Assembly (NCBI GenBank): GCA_963845755.1
Contig: CAWJTV010000029.1
Coordinates: 32,001 to 96,000 of the forward strand
Reading direction: 5' to 3'
Source: an uncultured Planctomycetota bacterium
GTDB taxonomy: Bacteria > Planctomycetota > Planctomycetia > Isosphaerales > Isosphaeraceae
Length of the DNA stretch: 64,000 nt
The position numbers and the translations under genes are program-made. Below, in pieces: positions 12,016-21,821 of this stretch. The notes beneath the pieces were generated by a model. The model made no database searches. It was not told where the DNA came from and was given only the letters and a program-made list of their open reading frames with translations. How positions within the stretch are numbered: the stretch's first letter is position 1; the number at the start of each line of letters is the position of its first letter.

Positions 12016-12996
12016 TCAGCGCTTCTTGGCCGCGACGGCGGCCTTCGCCGCCTCGACGATCTTGCCCGCCGTGAGGCCGTACTTTTCGAGGAGGGCATCC
12101 GGCGCGCCGCTCTCGGCGAACGTGTCGCCCAGGTTGACGTACCGGATCGGCACGGGATGGACCTCGGCGACGGTCATGGCGACGACGCTGCCGAGCCCGC
12201 CGTGGGCAAGGTGTTCCTCGGCGACCACGAGCGCCCCGGTCTGCTTGGCGGCCGATTCGAGCACCGCCCGGTCGATTGGCTTGACCGTATGCATGTCGAG
12301 CACGCGTGCCTTGATCCCCGTTCCGGCCAGGGTCTCGGCGGCGTCGAGCGCCGGTGCGACCATCAGGCCGTTGGCGACGATCGTCACGTCGGATCCGTCG
12401 CGCATCGTATTCGCCTTGCCGATCTGGAAATTGGCGGAGCCGCCGGTGTAGATCTTCGGCACCTCGGGACGGCCGCAGCGCAGATACACCGGCCCGTCGT
12501 GCTCGATCATCGCGGCGGTCGCGGCCTTGGCCGAGTCCTCGTCGGCGGGGACGATGACGACGAAGCCGGGCAGGGAGCACGCCAGCGAAACATCCTCGAT
12601 CCCCATCTGCGACGCCCCGTCCTCGCCGATGGAGATGCCCGCATGGCTGCCGACGACCTTGACGTTCATGTGAGGATACGCCACCGACATGCGGAGCTGG
12701 TCATAGGCATTGCACGTGATGAACGCCGCGAAGCTGGCGATCACGCTGGTCTTGCCCGAGGAGGCCAGCCCCGCCGCGACGCCGACGAGATTGCTCTCGG
12801 CGATCCCGACGTTGAAGAAGCGGTCGGGATACTTCTTGCCGAACCATTCGGTCCGCGTCGAATTGCCGACGTCGCCGTTGACCACGACCAGGTTCGGATG
12901 GTCGGCCCCGAGCGCCTCGAGCGCCCGCCCGAACGCGTCACGGGTCGCCTGGCCCAGCTCTCGTTTCGTCTGCAACGCGGAAGAAGCACCCGCCAT
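12016..12996 (-). CDS. Transketolase C-terminal subunit
   Basis: ATRDAFG, FFNVGIAE, AYDQLR, GEDGASQ, GPVYLR, TVKPID and EEH..GGLGS. Confidence 0.92.
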   Translation of the reverse strand: MAGASSALQTKRELGQATRDAFGRALEALGADHPNLVVVNGDVGNSTRTEWFGKKYPDRFFNVGIAESNLVGVAAGLASSGKTSVIASFAAFITCNAYDQLRMSVAYPHMNVKVVGSHAGISIGEDGASQMGIEDVSLACSLPGFVVIVPADEDSAKAATAAMIEHDGPVYLRCGRPEVPKIYTGGSANFQIGKANTMRDGSDVTIVANGLMVAPALDAAETLAGTGIKARVLDMHTVKPIDRAVLESAAKQTGALVVAEEHLAHGGLGSVVAMTVAEVHPVPIRYVNLGDTFAESGAPDALLEKYGLTAGKIVEAAKAAVAAKKR

Positions 12997-13033
12997 GTGT
13001 ATGGACCTTTCTTGCTAGCCACTCGCCTCTTCG

Positions 13034-13870
13034 CTACTCTCCGCCTGCGGCGACCTCGGCCAGGGCTTCGTCGAGGTTCTTGGCTGGTACCGGCTTGCCG
13101 TGGAAATTGGTGTCGCCCAGCTTGCGGAGGAGCTTGAGGATCCCCTGTCCCTTATGCGTCAACGAGACGATGCAGGTCGGCATGCCCTTGACGGCATTGG
13201 CCCGGTCCAGGGCCTTGAGCACCTCGCGCATGTCGTTGCCGTTGATGACCTGCGTCTTCCAGCCGAATGCCGTGAACTTGCCGTCGATCGGGTCCATGTT
13301 CAGGACCTCCTCGGCGGGGCCGGTCTGCTGGAAGTGATTGCGGTCGACGATGAGGGTGAGGTTGTCGAGCTGGAACTTGGCGGCCGACGCAGCGGCCTCC
13401 CAGTTCTGGCCCTGGTCGAGCTCGCCGTCGCCCGTCATGACGTACGTGTGATAGCCCTTCTTGTCGATCCGCGCGGCCAGGGCATGGCCGACGCCGAGAG
13501 AAAGTCCCTGGCCGAGCGAGCCGGTCGAGGCCTCGACACCCGCGAGCCGCTTCATGTTCGGGTGCCCCTCCACCGGACTGTCGATCTTGCGGAGGGTCAT
13601 GATCTCGTCATGCGGGAAATAGCCGGCCTGCGCCAGCGCCGCGTAGAGCACAGGCGCCGCATGACCTTTCGAAAGGATGAAGCGGTCGCGATCCGGCCAG
13701 TGCGGGTTCTTGGCATCGTGCTTCAAGAACCCTCCAAAATAAAGCGCCGTCACGACCTCGGTCGCCGACAACGAGCTGCTGGGATGGCCCGAGCCGGCCT
13801 CGGTCGTCATCCTCAGAATGTCTTCCCGGATCGACTTGGCGCGCGCCAAGAGGGCGTCAAGGTCGGCCAC
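13034..13870 (-). CDS. Transketolase N-terminal (TPP-binding) subunit
   Basis: SGHP, RDRFILSKGHA, STGSLGQG, GDGE..G..WEA and FHGK. Confidence 0.92.
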   Translation of the reverse strand: MADLDALLARAKSIREDILRMTTEAGSGHPSSSLSATEVVTALYFGGFLKHDAKNPHWPDRDRFILSKGHAAPVLYAALAQAGYFPHDEIMTLRKIDSPVEGHPNMKRLAGVEASTGSLGQGLSLGVGHALAARIDKKGYHTYVMTGDGELDQGQNWEAAASAAKFQLDNLTLIVDRNHFQQTGPAEEVLNMDPIDGKFTAFGWKTQVINGNDMREVLKALDRANAVKGMPTCIVSLTHKGQGILKLLRKLGDTNFHGKPVPAKNLDEALAEVAAGGE

Positions 13871-14118
13871 TGTTACATCCTCCTCGATCCGCACACCCCC
13901 GTGGTTGCTCGGCTGCATGGGGGCTGGACGCTGGGACGGCCAGGCGGGGACTCGAATCGTGAATCTTCAAACTTCCACGGGATTTGCCCGCAAATCGAGT
14001 TCCAAAGTTAACGACTGACCGGCCCGCACGGCAAGAGGGTCCTTTCGTAGGTCAGGCTTTCCGGCCCGACGAACTGCCAACGTCAGGCTGCAAAGCCTGA
14101 CCTACCTCATTCGAACAC

Positions 14119-14176
14119 TTGACAACGACACCTCGAAGCTCTATGTATTAGATAACGATGCATAGGAGGTCGAGGT
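14119..14176 (+). promoter_or_regulatory. Sigma70-type promoter and inverted repeat (candidate PadR operator) upstream of padR
   Basis: TTGACA at 14119-14124, 17-nt spacer, TATGTA at 14142. Imperfect inverted repeat ACCTCGAagctCTATG...CATAGgaggTCGAGGT (14130-14176) covers the -10 region and the RBS. Confidence 0.55.
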
Positions 14177-14527
14177 ATGGACTCGCAATTCCTGGGCAGT
14201 GCGGTCGAGATGCTGATCCTGGAAGTGATCGCGCAAGGGCCGAGCTACGGATACGAGATCACGCAGACGGTGTCGGAGCGTTCCGAGGGATACTTCGAGT
14301 TGAAGGAGGGCTCGCTGTACCCGGCGCTGCACCGGATGGAGCGGCAGAAGCTCTGCTGCGCCTCATGGCGGGAGGCCGACGGGCGAAGGCGCAAGTATTA
14401 CGAACTGACCGACGCCGGGCGGGCGGAGCTGGCCTCGCGGAAGCAGTCGTGGCTGAGTTTCACGGCGGGCGTCAATGGCGTGCTGGGGATCGGCCGGGCC
14501 AGCCGGCTCGGGTTGGATCTCTCGTAG
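14177..14527 (+). CDS. PadR-family transcriptional regulator
   Basis: LIL..I..GPSYGYEI...EGSLYPALHRME...GRRRKYYELTDAGR. Confidence 0.93.
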   Translation: MDSQFLGSAVEMLILEVIAQGPSYGYEITQTVSERSEGYFELKEGSLYPALHRMERQKLCCASWREADGRRRKYYELTDAGRAELASRKQSWLSFTAGVNGVLGIGRASRLGLDLS

Positions 14528-14597
14528 GGTGCTCTGCGAGCACCAATTCGTGGCGTGAGAGGGAGACGGGGCTCGCGGAGCACCCGACAACGCACCC

Positions 14598-16037
14598 ATG
14601 GACCTACGCGACACACTTTCCGCCGAACTGCCCCCACCTCGCGATGACGAGCCGGCCAGCCTGCGTCGGGACATCCTCGACGAGTTGGCCGACCATCTCA
14701 GTTGTGCTTACCACCGTGAATTATTGCGCGGCGCGGATCCGGTCGAAGCGAGGCGGCGCGTCTTGAACCGGTTCGGGGAGCCGGCGGCCGTCGCCCGCCG
14801 GCTCTGGCTCGATGCGATGAAAGGCAAGATCATGGCCCAGCGAGTTGTCATGGCGACGTGCCTCGTCGTGACCCTGGCCAGCCTGTCGCTGGTCGGGGTC
14901 GTGTACCAGCGATCGGTCATGTCCCAGAGGGCTTTCGAACGAGCACTGGCCTTCGAGAGGGAGAAGGCCCAGTCCAGCCAGCAAGAGATGCTGAAACAGT
15001 TGCGCGAGATGTCCGAAGCGATCCGGAATCCCCGCTCGCCCGACTGGAATCCCGTGAAGTTCCGGATCACCGAGGAAACCCCCGACGGACCTCCCGTGGT
15101 CGGATGCTCGATTATGCTCCACCAGAACAACACGGCGGACTCGCGTCGATCTCGGACGTCTGACGCTTCGGGAATTGCGGACCTCGGGATTCTTCACCCC
15201 GGGCAATACATCTTCGAAGTCTCCAGGAGCTGGGGTGAAGGCAACCTCGGTGGATCGGGACTGCTCAGCGTCGAACCGGGCAGTCAGGTCAACCAGCTCA
15301 TCGTCTGCCCCAAGACCCTCCTCGAGCGCGTGCCCGTGCGCATCCGTTGTGCCTGGCCCGCGGATCTCGAAAAGGAGGGCCTGGTACTCGAAGCGCCGTT
15401 CGTGATCGATTCGGTTGACCGGTCGGGCGTGTCGTGGCGGGTCCTTCATCGTTGGAACTCGGAACCCAACGCGCGAACTCCCACCGCCGAGCATGAGGCA
15501 TGGAGGTATAGCGTGGTTCGGCCTGTTTTGATGGGTCCTGGGATGGCGTTAGCCGAGATCTTCAATCAAGCTGCGGGGCTCTCTATCTGGGCGGCACAAT
15601 CGACGCGGGGGGTCGACTTCCAGGCCGCCGTCCTGACGACGGACGTTCACGCGATCGAAGGGCCGGAGCCAACGCTGAACTGGGAGCACGGCAGTTATCA
15701 CCTTACCAGCCTGGTCGTACTCCGCCCGATCGTGCCGTCTGGTGGCAAGGGAGGAATCCGACAATTCGGGATCCTCGCCGAAATCCATTCCTGGAACGGT
15801 GGTAACCAAAGGCGGTTGCGGACCGACCCACCCACGGCGGAAGAGTTGAATATGCCAGAGATTCTCGGCGGTGTGACGATGGTCCCGTCCGAGAATCTCG
15901 AACTCCCCATGGAATACTGGTCCCGTATCGCCGGGAGCTTCGTGGCGCGCCCGGGTCAGGTGAACGAGTGGACGATCCCCTTGCCGGACAGGCTGATCCA
16001 GGCCGTTCGTGAGAAACTCAAGGCGGCAAAGCCCTAG
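14598..16037 (+). CDS. HAAS/permease-prefix-domain single-pass membrane protein, paralog 1
   Basis: N-terminal DILDELADHL..AY.RELLRG...EARRRVLNRFGEPAAVARRLW, one TM segment, a coiled coil, then a carboxypeptidase-regulatory-like beta domain (TSDASGIADLGILHPGQY). Confidence 0.8.
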   Translation: MDLRDTLSAELPPPRDDEPASLRRDILDELADHLSCAYHRELLRGADPVEARRRVLNRFGEPAAVARRLWLDAMKGKIMAQRVVMATCLVVTLASLSLVGVVYQRSVMSQRAFERALAFEREKAQSSQQEMLKQLREMSEAIRNPRSPDWNPVKFRITEETPDGPPVVGCSIMLHQNNTADSRRSRTSDASGIADLGILHPGQYIFEVSRSWGEGNLGGSGLLSVEPGSQVNQLIVCPKTLLERVPVRIRCAWPADLEKEGLVLEAPFVIDSVDRSGVSWRVLHRWNSEPNARTPTAEHEAWRYSVVRPVLMGPGMALAEIFNQAAGLSIWAAQSTRGVDFQAAVLTTDVHAIEGPEPTLNWEHGSYHLTSLVVLRPIVPSGGKGGIRQFGILAEIHSWNGGNQRRLRTDPPTAEELNMPEILGGVTMVPSENLELPMEYWSRIAGSFVARPGQVNEWTIPLPDRLIQAVREKLKAAKP

Positions 16038-16051
16038 TTCGGTCCTCATCC

Positions 16052-17482
16052 ATGGACGATCGTGACGTTCTTTCTGCTGAGTTGCCCCCACCTCGTGAGG
16101 ACGAGCCGCTCGGCCTGCGCCAGGACATCCTCGACGAACTGGCCGACCATCTCGGCTGCGCTTACCGCCGCGAACTCTTGCGCGGCGCGGGTCCGGTCGA
16201 AGCGAGACAGCGCGTCTTGAACCGATTCGGCGACCCGGCGGCCGTGGCTCGCCGGCTCTGGCTCGATGCGATGAAAGGCAAGATCATGGCCCAGCGAATC
16301 CTCGTGGCAACCTGCCTGGTCGTGACCCTCGCCAGCCTGGCGGTGGTCGGGATCCTCTCCCAGCAATCGATCCGTGCTCAGCGGGATGCCGCCCGCATGG
16401 CCGTGGAGGCCCAGAACAATCAGCGGGAGATGCTGAAGCAGTTGCGCGAGATGTCCGACGCGATCCGGAACCCGCGTTCCTTCGACTGGAACCCACTGAC
16501 CTTCAAACTGACCGAGGAAACTCCCGCTGGTCCAGCTCTCGCCGGCGTGGTAATCATGCTGGCCCAAGCGGATCAGCGACCGCAGAATTGGATTTCTCGG
16601 ACGACTGATGGTTCGGGCGTCGCCGATTTCGGTCTGGTCAATCCCGGTACCTACAATTATCAGTTCAGCGAGACCTGGGCTTCGGGTTTGCTGGGCGGAT
16701 CGGGCAAACTCCGTGTCGAACCGGGCCGCCAGGTTGACAAGGTGATCGTCTTTCCGAAGCACCTGCTCGAGAGCGTGCCCCTGCGAATGCGATCTACGTG
16801 GCCAAACGATCTTGAAAAGGAAAGGTTGATACTCGAAGCACAGTTCCAGACCAAACCCATCGTCCAGGACGAGGTAGAATGGACGATCCAGCATCGATGG
16901 ACCCTCGAGCAGCCAGACACCACGCCCTTCGGCATGTCGGCGCCACTCTATATCCAGACCCGTAGCGTGCTCTCTGGTCCCGGCCCTGCGCTGGCCGAGG
17001 TCTTCAATAGCCGGCCGGGACTTTACCTGTGGGGGTCCGACGTGGAAAACCCACCGAAAACCTGGGCGGACGTTTTGACGAACGACATTCGCGAGGTCAA
17101 GGACCCTGGTGGGACATTGATGTGGGAACAGTGCCACTATCAACTCACCAAACTGACCGTGCTACGCCCGGTCCCATCGTCCGATGGTAAGGAATCGATC
17201 AGGCACTTTGAGGTCCTCGCCGAGGGTTATAGTTGGGGTGGTGGGCAGCGCGGAATTCGACACGATCCACCCACCGAGAAGGAGTTGAAGACGGCCTTAG
17301 CGACGATGGGCGAATTCAGGCCCCAGCCCTCAAGTGTTAAGGTTAAGCTCCCCGCGGAGTTTTGGACCCGGATGTCCACCCGCTTCGATGCGCGACCCGG
17401 CCAGGTCAACGAATGGACGATCCCCTTGCCAGACGAGCTGATCAAGGTCGTTCGTGAGAAACTCAAGGTGGCTAAGCCATAG
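16052..17482 (+). CDS. HAAS/permease-prefix-domain single-pass membrane protein, paralog 2
   Basis: Near-identical N-terminus and C-terminal ARPGQVNEWTIPLPD.LI..VREKLK to paralog 1, with a divergent middle. Confidence 0.8.
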   Translation: MDDRDVLSAELPPPREDEPLGLRQDILDELADHLGCAYRRELLRGAGPVEARQRVLNRFGDPAAVARRLWLDAMKGKIMAQRILVATCLVVTLASLAVVGILSQQSIRAQRDAARMAVEAQNNQREMLKQLREMSDAIRNPRSFDWNPLTFKLTEETPAGPALAGVVIMLAQADQRPQNWISRTTDGSGVADFGLVNPGTYNYQFSETWASGLLGGSGKLRVEPGRQVDKVIVFPKHLLESVPLRMRSTWPNDLEKERLILEAQFQTKPIVQDEVEWTIQHRWTLEQPDTTPFGMSAPLYIQTRSVLSGPGPALAEVFNSRPGLYLWGSDVENPPKTWADVLTNDIREVKDPGGTLMWEQCHYQLTKLTVLRPVPSSDGKESIRHFEVLAEGYSWGGGQRGIRHDPPTEKELKTALATMGEFRPQPSSVKVKLPAEFWTRMSTRFDARPGQVNEWTIPLPDELIKVVREKLKVAKP

Positions 17483-17499
17483 CTCGGTCCTTTTCAGGG

Positions 17500-18950
17500 A
17501 TGATGGCGAAACCCTTTCCGTCGGGCTCCCCTGGTCCCATGATGACGAACCCTCCTGCGCCGGGACATCCCGGATGAGTTGACCGACGACCTCGATAGCG
17601 CCTATAACTGCGGGCAGCCGCGCGGGGTGCCTCCGGGCGCGGCTCGTCGGCGTATGATCGCACGGTTCGGCAGTCCGGCGACCGTGACCGGCCGGATCTG
17701 GCTCGATGCTATGAAAGGGACGTTCATGGCTCAGCGCATCCTGATCGCAACGTGCTTCGTGATGGTGGCGGCCTGCTTCGGACTGGTCGGGTTCGTCTGG
17801 TCCGAGTCGAATCGCTGGTCCCAGGTCAATCTGGTCCTGATCGACCAGACGCAGCGGACCAATCAAGAAATCCTCAAGCAATTAGAGACGTTGGCCAAAT
17901 CGCCACAGACCCCTCGCAAGTCTGACGAGTGGATCCCCGTGAGTTTCAAGTTGACCGTGGAAAAGCCCGACGGACCTCCCGCGGTCGGATACGAGATCTG
18001 GCTCGGCAAGGGCGAGGGCGGCTCGAGAAAAGACGGGGCGATTCGTCGATATACTGATGACAAGGGACTGGCCGATTTCGGTGTCATCCGGCCGGGTGAT
18101 TGGGAGTACCGCATTCAGGCCGATTGCGATGACGGGCGGTATTGGTTCGCGTCGTGGAATCTCAACGCGGTGCCGGGGACCAAGGTCTTCGAGCAAATCC
18201 GTTGTCCCAGGCGACCCCCGGATCGAGGAGCGGTTCGAGTCCGGGTGGCGTGGCCGGAGGATCTTTCGAGTCAGAACCTTCACCTGATTGCATTGTTCCG
18301 GCTTAAGGCACACACTTATCAGGGGCCACCGAGGTGGTGGTTGTCGGATCCGCAAGACCAACAGAGCACGCGATCAAGAGAGATCCTATGCGGGCCAGGA
18401 AGTCAGCAAGCGGAAATCGTTTCGGAGAATTATCCCTATTTCTGGAGACCAGCCACGCAAATCGAAGCGCGTACCTCACGAGGAGAGCGAGGGCTTCTGC
18501 TGCCCGATCCCGTAGCTCTAACAGGTTCACCTGATGCGAGTTCCGAAGCATCCGCCATCTCGAACCGAGTTTATGCCGAGTTCAATTCGACCCCCGAGTT
18601 TTCCGATTCGGGCGGCATCGAAATCGAGGCTGGGAAGTATCGACCCGAACGGCTGATCGTCCTCCAGACCCGCGCCGCCACGAAACCAGGCCGGGGAACG
18701 GATCAATTCGAAGTACTCGCGATGGGAGGCGGTCCCAGCATCACTCCCGGCGCACGGGATGAAGCTTCCGGCAAGGATATTCCTTACGCGTTTCTTGAAG
18801 CGAGGGTGCTCCAGGCCTCAACGAAAACGCAATCTCTGCGGGATGGACGATGCATTCGAGGCGCAGGCCGGCCAGGTCAAGGAATGGACGATCACCTTGC
18901 CGGGCGAGCTGATCAAGGCCGTTCGTGGGAAGCTCGCGGCCAAAAAGTAA
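17500..18950 (+). CDS. HAAS/permease-prefix membrane protein, paralog 3 (degenerate N-terminus, frameshift near 18830)
   Basis: Decayed N-terminal motif (LRRDIPDELTDDLDSAY...ARFGSPATVTGRIWLDAMKG). C-terminal AQAGQVKEWTITLPGELIKAVRGKL lies in ORF 18759-18950. Confidence 0.65.
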
Positions 18951-18960
18951 GGCCGGATGC

Positions 18961-20476
18961 CTACCGGCGGGCCATCGTCCCGCCCGGTTCGGCGAGCGTT
19001 CCTACCTCGCAGCGTGCGAACAGGATCGAGACGCTATCGAGATGGAGGACCGTCCAACCCGGCTCCTTGACCAGCCGCCGGGCGAGGCCACGGTCGGGGC
19101 GGAGCCAGACCAGGTCGATCCGGTCGCGGTCGCGGACGTGATCCCACGCCGGGCCGCCGGTCAGGACGTCGACGTATTCGACGATCGCCTCCTTGCCGAA
19201 CAGCTCGAACCGGTCGTCGAGATAAGACCGTCGGATCGGCTGGCACTCGGCCTCGAGGAATCCGCCCCAATCCTGCTCATGAAACAGGCGCGCCGCGATG
19301 GGCTGACGATCGAGGGTCGCCACGGCGGCGAGCGGCCATTTCTCGGGGGCGTAGCCGCCAAGCGTAACGCGACCGGCCACGAGTATCGCCAGGATGACCG
19401 TCGCCGCCATCGGCCAGATCGACTCGCGACCGTCCCGCTTCCACGATTGCCGTGATGATGCCGAAAGCGGCAATCCATCGAGCAGCGCGGCCAGCGCCGG
19501 GGCCGCCGCCATGGCGAACAGCGGGGCGTTGCGGATCGATGTCAGCGCCAGGTGCAGCCAGACCAGCAGGTGCACCAACTGGTAGCGATCGACCCGTCGC
19601 GACGAGATGACCGGTAGCCCGACCAGGGCCAGCAGCACCCACTCCAGGACCTCCGCGTCCGGCTTGCCGAACGGGGCCGGTTGGTATTCGATGATCCGGC
19701 TCGTCACCCCGCTGGAGATCAATAACGTCACGACATGCCGGTAAAGCCCGATTCCATAGGGGTTTGCCAGCGCCGCCAGACCGGAGGCGCCGAAAGGCCG
19801 CCGTGAACTTCAGCAGGTTGCGGCGCCTCACCGGGTCCCACGGCCCGGAGATCGCGTGCCCCACGCCGGCCGTTGCCACGATCATCGGCAAGGCCACGAA
19901 CCCGCCGTGCAGGTTCGCCAGGATCGCCGTGTAAAGCGGGACCAGGAAGACTCCCCAGCCCCCGCGCTCGTGTTGTTTCTGACAGGCCCTTAACGTCAGA
20001 TAGAAAAACATAAATGTGAACAGATGTGGTCTTATTAAGAAATGGATCGACCCGATGGCGGCGGTGAGGATGGCGACGATCACGGCCACCATGGGCGAGA
20101 TACCGTCGCGCACCAGCCCGCGCGCCATCGAGCCGTAGAGCACGGCCAATCCGACCGCCGTCAGGGCGATGACCGCCGACCAACCTCCGTGGTCGACCAG
20201 GACCGCCAGCAGGACGTCGAAGCCCCACGACTGGTTAACCCAGGGAGCACCCTGACGAGTGAACGTCAGGGTGTCGTGCCGGGGCACCGCGCCCGTGGCG
20301 AGGATCTCGCGGCCCAACCGCAGATGCCAGGGTGTCCCCGGATCGTTGAACAGGCCGTGACGACATCCGATGAGGATCAGCAAGAGCACGATGGCGAAAA
20401 CGATGTCGCCGGGTCCGGGCATCAGGCGGCCGGAACGGGTCCATCTCGGGGTCGTTGGAGGGTCGGAGGCTTGCAT
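18961..20476 (-). CDS. Polytopic membrane protein, possibly GT-C glycosyltransferase-like (frameshift near 19790)
   Basis: DPGTPWHLRLGREIL, WVNQSW, RPHLFT, ANLHGGF, EYQP, WGGFL and DDRFELFG motifs; many TM segments. Confidence 0.7.
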
Positions 20477-20620
20477 GGTGTCTCGGTCCAGATCCGGCGC
20501 GGTTCTCTATCTCCACCTTAGATCACGGCGACCAGGCTGGCCTCTTTTCGAGGGGGCGTCTCGGGTTATACTGAAAAGGAGCCATCCACCCCCCCTGCTC
20601 TCTGGACGTCGGGGCCACCC

Positions 20621-21718
20621 GTGAAACCTCCCCGCATCGACGTAAGTCGCCGCGATTTATTGCGTCTGCGACGGCCTGCACCCGCGGGCCTCGAGTCGGG
20701 TGCGACCGCGGGCAGCCACCAGGAGCTGATCCGGGCACATCGTCCGGCGATGGGATCGTCGTTCGAGATCCGGCTGCCGGCCAGTACACCCGGCGCGGTC
20801 GACCTGGCCTGCCGTGCGCTCGACCTCATCGACGCGCTGGAGGCCCAGATGACCGTCTACCGCGACGATTCCGAGGTGAGCCGGCTCAACGCCTCGGCCC
20901 ACCTGGGTCCCGTCCCGGTCGAGCCAGGGCTCTTCCGGCTGCTTCAGGACGCGTTGAATCTCAGCCGGGAGACCGGCGGCGCCTACGACGTCACGTCGGG
21001 GCGCTCTCGGAAGCCTGGGGGTTCGTCAAGGGGCCGAAGCGCGTGCCCGACCCGGCCGCCCTCGCCGAGGCGCGGGCCCGGACCGGCTGGCATCACCTCC
21101 GGCTCGAGCCCGGACCGCACACGGTCACCTTCGACCGCGAAGGGATCCGGATCAACCTGGGCAGCATCGGCAAAGGCTATGCGATCGACCGGGCGGTCGA
21201 ACGTGCTCCGGGGCTACTGGTGGCCGACGTCGGGCCTGGTCCATGGCGGCCGGTCCAGCCTCTTCGCGCTGGGGTCGCCGCCCGGCCAGTTCGGCGGGCG
21301 CTGGGAGGTCACTCTGCGCAATCCTTTCCAGCCGGAATCCCCCCTCGGAATGTTCCGGCTGAGGAATCGGGCACTGGGGACCTCGGGCGCCGCATTCCAG
21401 CAGTTCGTGGCCGAAGGACGCGCGTATGGCCACATCATCGATCCCCGATCCGGTGAGCCGGCCTTCGGACCGGCCAGCGTGACCGTGCTGGCGCCCACGG
21501 CCGCCGCCGCCGACGCCCTGTCAACGGCCTTCTATCTCCTGGGCCCCGACGCGACCGCGGACTACGTCGCGGCTCATCCCGAGATCGGCGCCGTGATCGT
21601 CGAGCCCGGTCCGGCCGATGGGGATGGATCCCCGCGAGTGCTCGCGTTCGGCGTGAGCGAATCGGATTATGTCGCGGGAACGGTAGGCAGTAGGCAGTAC
21701 GCGACAGGCAGTGAATAA
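20621..21718 (+). CDS. apbE: FAD:protein FMN transferase (two compensating frameshifts, about 21000-21200)
   Basis: AMGS, SEVSRLN, TGGAYDVT, INLGSIGKGYAIDR (alternate frame ORF 21043-21456), GTSG, HIIDPRSG and ADALSTA. Confidence 0.88.
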   Translation: MKPPRIDVSRRDLLRLRRPAPAGLESGATAGSHQELIRAHRPAMGSSFEIRLPASTPGAVDLACRALDLIDALEAQMTVYRDDSEVSRLNASAHLGPVPVEPGLFRLLQDALNLSRETGGAYDVTSGRSRKPGGSSRGRSACPTRPPSPRRGPGPAGITSGSSPDRTRSPSTAKGSGSTWAASAKAMRSTGRSNVLRGYWWPTSGLVHGGRSSLFALGSPPGQFGGRWEVTLRNPFQPESPLGMFRLRNRALGTSGAAFQQFVAEGRAYGHIIDPRSGEPAFGPASVTVLAPTAAAADALSTAFYLLGPDATADYVAAHPEIGAVIVEPGPADGDGSPRVLAFGVSESDYVAGTVGSRQYATGSE

Positions 21719-21819
21719 TAGGGGGCGGGGGTTTCCGTTGCCGCCCACGACCAGACCGAGGGTCTGCAACACAAGCAATCCCAGGACCCAAAGAGGTAAG
21801 GACTTAAGGACCAAAGAAC
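21682..21819 (+). repeat. Short heptamer-type tandem repeats
   Basis: GGCAGTA-like units at about 21682-21712 and AAGGACY-like units at about 21783-21815. Confidence 0.4.
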
Positions 21820-21821
21820 GA

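Noticed and set aside
14598..18950. Diversity-generating retroelement or invertase shufflon
   Set aside because: No reverse transcriptase or recombinase nearby, all paralogs are co-directional, and the divergence looks like ordinary paralog divergence.
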